Made by a program: the position numbers and the translations under genes. Under the pieces are notes generated by a model that was given only the letters and a program-made list of their open reading frames with translations, was not told the DNA's origin and searched no databases. This document shows, one piece after another, positions 59,230-64,000 of a DNA stretch of 64,000 bases. The DNA comes from an uncultured Actinomycetes bacterium (GTDB lineage: Bacteria > Actinomycetota > UBA4738 > HRBIN12), in contig CAWAWO010000002.1 of assembly GCA_963785835.1 (NCBI GenBank), forward strand, positions 228,327 through 292,326. The letters run 5' to 3'. Numbering within the stretch: the stretch's first letter is position 1; each line of letters begins with the position of its first letter.

Positions 59230-60819
59230 ATGAGCCCCCCGCGCCCCCCGCGCCGGGCCCGTCACGCGGCCCGCTCACGCGCTCCGCTCGTGGTCGCGGC
59301 GATCGTCCTGGCCGCGGGCCTGCTCACCGGGGTCGCGTGGCGCCTGGATCTCGGGTTCTTCGGCGGCTCGGGGACCTCGGCCGCCGCGGTGTCGCCGACC
59401 CCCATGCCGACGACACCGGGCACCACGACGCCCACGCCGACGCCGGCACCGACGCCCTCGCCCAGCCCCTCCCCGCGCCCGAGCCCCGAGCCCGCCAACC
59501 CCTCGTTCGACGGCATCACGACCTTCCGGGGCAACGAGACGCGGACGTACTACGGGGAGGGCCCGGTGCCCGAGGATCCGAGGATCCTTTGGCGATATCC
59601 GGCCGAAGGAGACTTGTGCTCGACCTCCTCCGACGAGAGCGGCCCGAGGCTGTGGTGCGGCACCGGGTGGACCGGTCAGCCGAACGTGATCGTCGCCGAC
59701 GACGGCGAGATCGAGGTCCGGATCAACGCGTACGACGGCGCGTACCACTTCCTCGACGGGCGGACCGGAGAGCCGACCCTCCCGTCGCTCCAGACCGGCG
59801 ATCTCGCCAAGGGCTCGGCGACCAGCGACCCCGACGGCTTCCCCCTGTACTACGCGGGCTCCCGCGACAACTACCTGCGGGTGATCGCGCTGGATCGTTC
59901 GGAGCCGACCGTTCTCTGGCAGCTGAACTCGCAGACGAGCGTTCCGAACCCGGTGTGGAACGACGACTGGGACGGCGCGCCGCTCGTCGTCGGGGACTAC
60001 CTGCTCGAGGGCGGGGAGAACTCGTGGTTCTACGTGATCCGGCTGAACCGCGACTACGACGACCGCGGCAAGGTCACCGTGGACCCGAAGGTGGTCCTCG
60101 CGGTCCCGGGGTTCGACGAGGAGCTGCTCGCGGCGCTCCCGGACTCGAACGTCTCGATCGAGAGCTCGGTCGCCTTCCACGACGGGGTGGCGTACTTCGC
60201 GAACTCGGGCGGACTCGTCCAGGGGTGGGACATCTCGCGGATCCTGCGCGGCGGCAGCAAGGCCGAGCGCGTGTTCCGGTTCTGGACCGGCGACGACACC
60301 GACGCCAGCGTCGTCGTGGACGAGGGGGGGTCCCTGTACGTGGCGAGCGAGCTCGAGCGATCCACGGACCGGTCCCGCCAGGTGGGCCAGCTCGTGAAGC
60401 TCGACCCGCGCCATCCGAAGCACCCGGTCGTGTGGTCGTTCCACATCCTCGAGCGCGGCGCGGACGACGCGGGAGGGGCGTGGGCGACACCGGCGCTGAA
60501 CGGCAGGATGGTCTACGTCGCGACGAACTACGGCGATCTCATCGGGCTCGAACGCCGGAGCGGCCGGGAGCGCTGGCGCATCCATCTCGCCGGCCCGACG
60601 TGGTCCTCACCGGTCGTGGTCGACGACGTGCTGCTCCAAGGTGACTGCGGCGGAACGCTCCACGCGTTCGACGTCTCCAAGCCGCTCGTGGAACCCCCCG
60701 AGCTCTGGTCGATCTCCCTCGGTTCCTGCATCGAGTCCACGCCGTCGGTGTTGAGGGGCAGGATCTGGGTCGGGACCAGGGGCGGCGGCGTCTACGCGCT
60801 CGGCGACGGACGGGGCTGA
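59230..60819 (+). CDS. membrane-anchored PQQ-like beta-propeller repeat protein
   Basis: 529 aa. Basic N-terminus plus TM (LVVAAIVLAAGLLTGVAW), Pro/Thr linker, propeller-like repeats (VYVATNYGDLIGLERRSGRERWR; GTLHAFD; IWVGTRGGGVYAL). Confidence 0.75.
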   Translation: MSPPRPPRRARHAARSRAPLVVAAIVLAAGLLTGVAWRLDLGFFGGSGTSAAAVSPTPMPTTPGTTTPTPTPAPTPSPSPSPRPSPEPANPSFDGITTFRGNETRTYYGEGPVPEDPRILWRYPAEGDLCSTSSDESGPRLWCGTGWTGQPNVIVADDGEIEVRINAYDGAYHFLDGRTGEPTLPSLQTGDLAKGSATSDPDGFPLYYAGSRDNYLRVIALDRSEPTVLWQLNSQTSVPNPVWNDDWDGAPLVVGDYLLEGGENSWFYVIRLNRDYDDRGKVTVDPKVVLAVPGFDEELLAALPDSNVSIESSVAFHDGVAYFANSGGLVQGWDISRILRGGSKAERVFRFWTGDDTDASVVVDEGGSLYVASELERSTDRSRQVGQLVKLDPRHPKHPVVWSFHILERGADDAGGAWATPALNGRMVYVATNYGDLIGLERRSGRERWRIHLAGPTWSSPVVVDDVLLQGDCGGTLHAFDVSKPLVEPPELWSISLGSCIESTPSVLRGRIWVGTRGGGVYALGDGRG

Positions 60820-60821
60820 GG

Positions 60822-61731
60822 TCAGAGGCCGCCGAAGGCCGCACGGATCTGCTCCGTGCGCCACATCGTGAGGGCGATGCCGGCGGCCATGAGCCCGACG
60901 ACCCCCAACACCTGGATCGCCCGGCGTTGGGCGGGTGATCCGAAACCCTCGGCCACGTACCCGGCGAGGAACCCGACGATGATGCCGCCGAGGTGGGCTC
61001 GCCAATCGATCCTCGCGAAGCCGAACGCGATCAGGAGGTTCAGCAGGATCAGGGTCATCGCCATCCGCAGGTTCGCGGCGGCCAGAGCAAGATGCCGGCG
61101 ACGGTAGTTGTACGCGATGAAGGCGCCGAAGATGCCGAAGATGGCTCCGGATGCGCCGACGGCGAGCGCCTCGACAGGTCCGAACGCGTAGGAAGCGACG
61201 CTCGCGAGGAACCCGGAGACCACGTAGATCAGGAGCATCCACGTCCGTCCGAACGCCATCTCCACCTGCCGGCCGAACACCCAGAGCGCCCATCCGTTGA
61301 AGAGAAGGTGGATCAGGCCGGCGTGCAGGAACATCGCGGTGAACAGTCGCCAGAACTGACCGGCGGCGACGGCGAACGGCTGCATCGCGCCCATCTCGAA
61401 CAGGACCTGCCCGTCCGGGTTGAACAGCGCCTGGGGACCGCCCTTGACGACCTCGAGCCCGAAGACCGCGACGATCGCGACGAGGAGGACCTTCGTGACG
61501 TCGATGCCGCCTCGGAACGGACGTCCCGGTCCTCTGGCGGAACTCGCGGCGGGCCTCCTCGACGCATTCGGGGCACTGGAAGCCGACCGGAGCGGGGATC
61601 ATGCAGTCCGGGCAGATCGGCCGCTCGCACCGGGTGCAGTGGACGCCGGTCTGCACGTTCGGGTGGCGGTAGCAGACCTCGATCGTCTGCGCCGGTGGGG
61701 CGGGCAACTGGTCGTCGTCCACGGAACCCAT
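60822..61731 (-). pseudogene. rhomboid family intramembrane serine protease with N-terminal zinc-ribbon, frame break near 61530
   Basis: N-terminus CYRHPNVQTGVHCTRCERPICPDCM...FQCPEC. After the break: FRGGIDVTKVLLVAIVAVFG. Then WRLFTAMFLHAGLIHLLFN, GASGAIFG (catalytic Ser) and AHLGG (His). Confidence 0.85.
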
Positions 61732-61786
61732 CCTACGGACCGGCTGCTCGAGCCTCAGGGTTCGCGCGGCGTGCGGTACGCCGCGG

Positions 61787-62772
61787 TCAGTTCCGATCCA
61801 TCCGCGGGAGCGCCTGGAGCGCGGCCTCGACCTGCGCCTCGCTCCACATGGAGCTCCACCGGTCCAGGATGATGCCGTCGGCGCCGATCAGGTAGAGCCA
61901 GGGCTCGGTGAAGCCGCCGTCCGGCAGCTGGAGCCATTCGAACGCCGCCTCGTTCACCACCATCGGTCTCGCCGAACTCCTTCCAGATCTCGACGTGGAT
62001 GAACACCGCCCGGTCGTCGTGCCGGCCGGCGAGCTCCTGGATCATGTCGGTGACCGGACCGCAGAACTTGCTCTCGCAGTACACCGGCGTCGCGAACAGG
62101 ACCAGGGCCGGCCGCCCCTCCTCGATCGCTCGCGCGATCGTCCATTCGTGGAGCTCGGGGTCGGGGATCTCGCCGGTGGCCGCGGCGCGCGAGTCGATCG
62201 CGCCCTCGGGAACGCCCGTCGAGTCGAGCGTCAGGTTCTCGGTCGGCTCCGCGCGATCGCCCGGCGCGGGGATCTGGGGGTCACCGAGCACCGGGATGGT
62301 GGCCTCGGCGGTCTGCGTGCCCATCCCCTGGACGTCAACGGTGATCTCGGCGGTCCAGAACCCGGCCTCGTCGAACATGACGTCGTCGGCCTCGTACACG
62401 CCCCGGCCCTCGTTCGGCGGGGTCACAACCGGATCGCCCTCTCGCTCGTGGTGTCCCGTACGTCGGGACGAAGGTCGCCGTCGTGTTCGGGCCGGGTTGA
62501 GGCTCGGTGGGTTCGGCCGCGGTCCCGACGTAGGAGAACGCCACGTCGGCCGTGCCGAAGCTGATCAGGTGGCCGTCGTGGAGCACGAGCCCGAGCGACA
62601 CGCGCTGGGGGTCGCCGGCGTAGAGGTCGGTAGACGCCGGGATGGCCACCACCTGGGCGTTCGCGGTCGGACCGGTGGGCGGCGGCTGGTCCCCGTCCGA
62701 GGTACAGGCGGCGAGGACCAACGAGAGCGAGAGCACGAACGCGAACGGGCCGGATCGACGCATCACACCCAT
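61787..62772 (-). pseudogene. thioredoxin-fold lipoprotein with atypical CxxxxC motif, two frame breaks
   Basis: Lipobox LSLVLAAC. N-terminal beta-rich domain. ALVLFATPVYCESKFCGPVTDMIQEL...VFIHVEIWKEF. The final segment NEAAFEWLQLPDGGFTEPWLYLIGADGIILDRW ends at TGA 61787-61789. Breaks near 62455 and 61950. Confidence 0.7.
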
Positions 62773-62812
62773 CTTCGCTCTCGAGCGCGGTTTCGTCAGA
62801 CCTGCGCTCCCA

Positions 62813-63244
62813 TCAGGCCGAGCACGGCTCGGCGTCGAGCCCGATCACGACGATCGCATCAGAGGTGGCCGTGGCCAGCGCGGACACGTGCTCGGAGAGG
62901 TCGGCGGGTGCCTCGTCCAGCTCGAGGTCGGCTTCGACCACGAACTTGGCCTCGAGAAGGGCCGCCGCCGAGGCGGTGTCCTCGTCCTGCGCCTCCGCCG
63001 CGATGTGGTGAAGGCTCTCGTGCGCTCGGTTCTGAAAGGTCGCCCGGACCCCCTCGAACGTCGTCACGCGCCCCTCGGCGATGTCGCACAGCGCCGTCAT
63101 CGCTTCGTCGGCATGATCCTGCGAGACGCTTCCGGTGAAGTCCGTCGCGCCACCGGCGTCCGCGCCGCACGCGACCGCTCCGACGACCGCCACAGAGAGA
63201 AGGACGACGAGGAACGGCAGACCCCGGGACCGCACATCGGCCAT
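62813..63244 (-). CDS. hypothetical lipoprotein
   Basis: 143 aa; lipobox VVGAVAC. Helical acidic body with His residues (AHESLHHIAAEAQDED). Confidence 0.55.
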   Translation of the reverse strand: MADVRSRGLPFLVVLLSVAVVGAVACGADAGGATDFTGSVSQDHADEAMTALCDIAEGRVTTFEGVRATFQNRAHESLHHIAAEAQDEDTASAAALLEAKFVVEADLELDEAPADLSEHVSALATATSDAIVVIGLDAEPCSA

Positions 63245-63271
63245 CTTGCCACGGCCGGGCGGAAGTCCGGT

Positions 63272-63898
63272 CTACGCCTCGTCGATCGCTCCCTCGAGGC
63301 GGAGCAGGAACTCCTTGCGCCACGGATCCCCGCCGTACTTGCCGACCCCGCCGCTCGACGGCACGACGCGGTGACACGGGACGACGATCGGGATCGGGTT
63401 GTCGTGCAGCGCGTTGCCGGCCGCCCGGGCGGCGCGCGGGCTCCCGGCCCGGCCGGCGACGTCGCGGTAGGTCGACACCGCCCCGAACGGGATCGCGGCG
63501 GTCGCCTCGAGGACGCGCCTGGAGAACCCCTCGGACGTGAGCGACCAGTCGAGCGGGGTCCGGAACCGGCGGATGCGACCCTCGAAGTACGCCTCGAGCT
63601 GACGTCGGGCGGCCTCGGTCCGCTTCGGGTCTTCGAGCACGCGAGGCGACAGCGAGCCGGCGAGCTCCTCGATGACGTGCTCGGGATCCGCGTCCGGGAA
63701 CTCCAGCCGGACGAGGCCGCGGCGCGTGCAGGCCACCATCAGCCGTCCGAGCGGCGTGTCCACGAACGAGAAGCCCACGTCCACGAGCCCCTCCCGGTGC
63801 GCCCGCAGGACGGTCGCCTCGCTCAGGCGCCGAGCGGTCTCGCGCAGGTCGTCGTCCACCTCGATCGTCGGCATCGGTCCCGTTCCCGTGTTCATCAC
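63272..63898 (-). CDS. ogt: methylated-DNA--protein-cysteine methyltransferase
   Basis: 208 aa; active site IPIVVPCHRVV, preceded by TYRDVAGRAGSPRAARAAGNAL. Confidence 0.9.
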   Translation of the reverse strand: MMNTGTGPMPTIEVDDDLRETARRLSEATVLRAHREGLVDVGFSFVDTPLGRLMVACTRRGLVRLEFPDADPEHVIEELAGSLSPRVLEDPKRTEAARRQLEAYFEGRIRRFRTPLDWSLTSEGFSRRVLEATAAIPFGAVSTYRDVAGRAGSPRAARAAGNALHDNPIPIVVPCHRVVPSSGGVGKYGGDPWRKEFLLRLEGAIDEA

Positions 63899-64000
63899 GT
63901 CGCAACCTCCTGCATCTCCTGCATCGCGCGGAGCTTCCTCCGCCCCTCGTACGCGTTGGCGCGAGCAGCCTCCGCCGTGATCCCGAGGGCTTCCGCCACC
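63895..64000 (-). CDS. C-terminal end of a sigma-70-family-like protein (region 4 HTH); 5' part outside window
   Basis: Translation VAEALGITAEAARANAYEGRRKLRAMQEMQEVAT, then TGA overlapping the ogt start (GTGATG). Confidence 0.45.
   Translation of the reverse strand, partial: VAEALGITAEAARANAYEGRRKLRAMQEMQEVAT

Noticed and set aside
60822-61731. Rhomboid protease as a rhombosortase for the C-terminal two-Cys motif proteins
   Set aside because: GlyGly-CTERM-type substrates carry a C-terminal transmembrane helix, and these proteins do not. The rhomboid gene is 6.6 kb away, separated by unrelated housekeeping genes.

Overview
High-GC (by eye roughly 70 percent) actinobacterial chromosomal segment. 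From 9.5 to 32.4 kb it holds the conserved housekeeping block pmt, rsmI, metG, tatD, rpfB-like, rsmA/ksgA, ispE, tRNA-Gln, glmU, prs, rplY, pth, mfd, mazG, eno, ftsB, DUF501/ppx. From memory this is the gene order of M. tuberculosis Rv1002c-Rv1026. Here a VapBC module sits between pth and mfd. Upstream lie a CUT1 sugar ABC transporter, a GH13 alpha-glucosidase and small accessory genes. Downstream comes accessory material: a lower-GC HNH endonuclease next to tRNA-Leu(UAA), then a 4-kb segment (DHFR-like, MocR regulator, EamA exporter, MBL hydrolase) that ends at an inverted partial copy of the tRNA end. After that come hydrolases, a cupredoxin-DmpA pair, an M23 peptidase, a phosphoesterase and a 1.4-kb stretch I cannot assign. 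The most interesting part is 45.8-54.2 kb. An ECF sigma factor appears fused to a transmembrane and extracytoplasmic extension. It is followed by two Sec-signal, Cys-containing RTX-type calcium-binding repeat proteins, a small hendecad-repeat membrane protein, a secreted phosphodiester glycosidase and a TolB-like propeller with RTX repeats. The three repeat proteins end in a similar two-Cys C-terminal motif, and a weak shared ECF-like promoter motif precedes the sigma gene and both RTX genes. No CRISPR array, rRNA, transposase, integrase or known defence system was seen. Major caveat: at least about 35 reading-frame breaks occur, including in essential genes, and nearly all are explained by one surplus base. 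This looks like a consensus or assembly artefact, so the pseudogene labels describe the sequence as given, not necessarily biology. All family calls come from motif recognition by eye; no searches were run.
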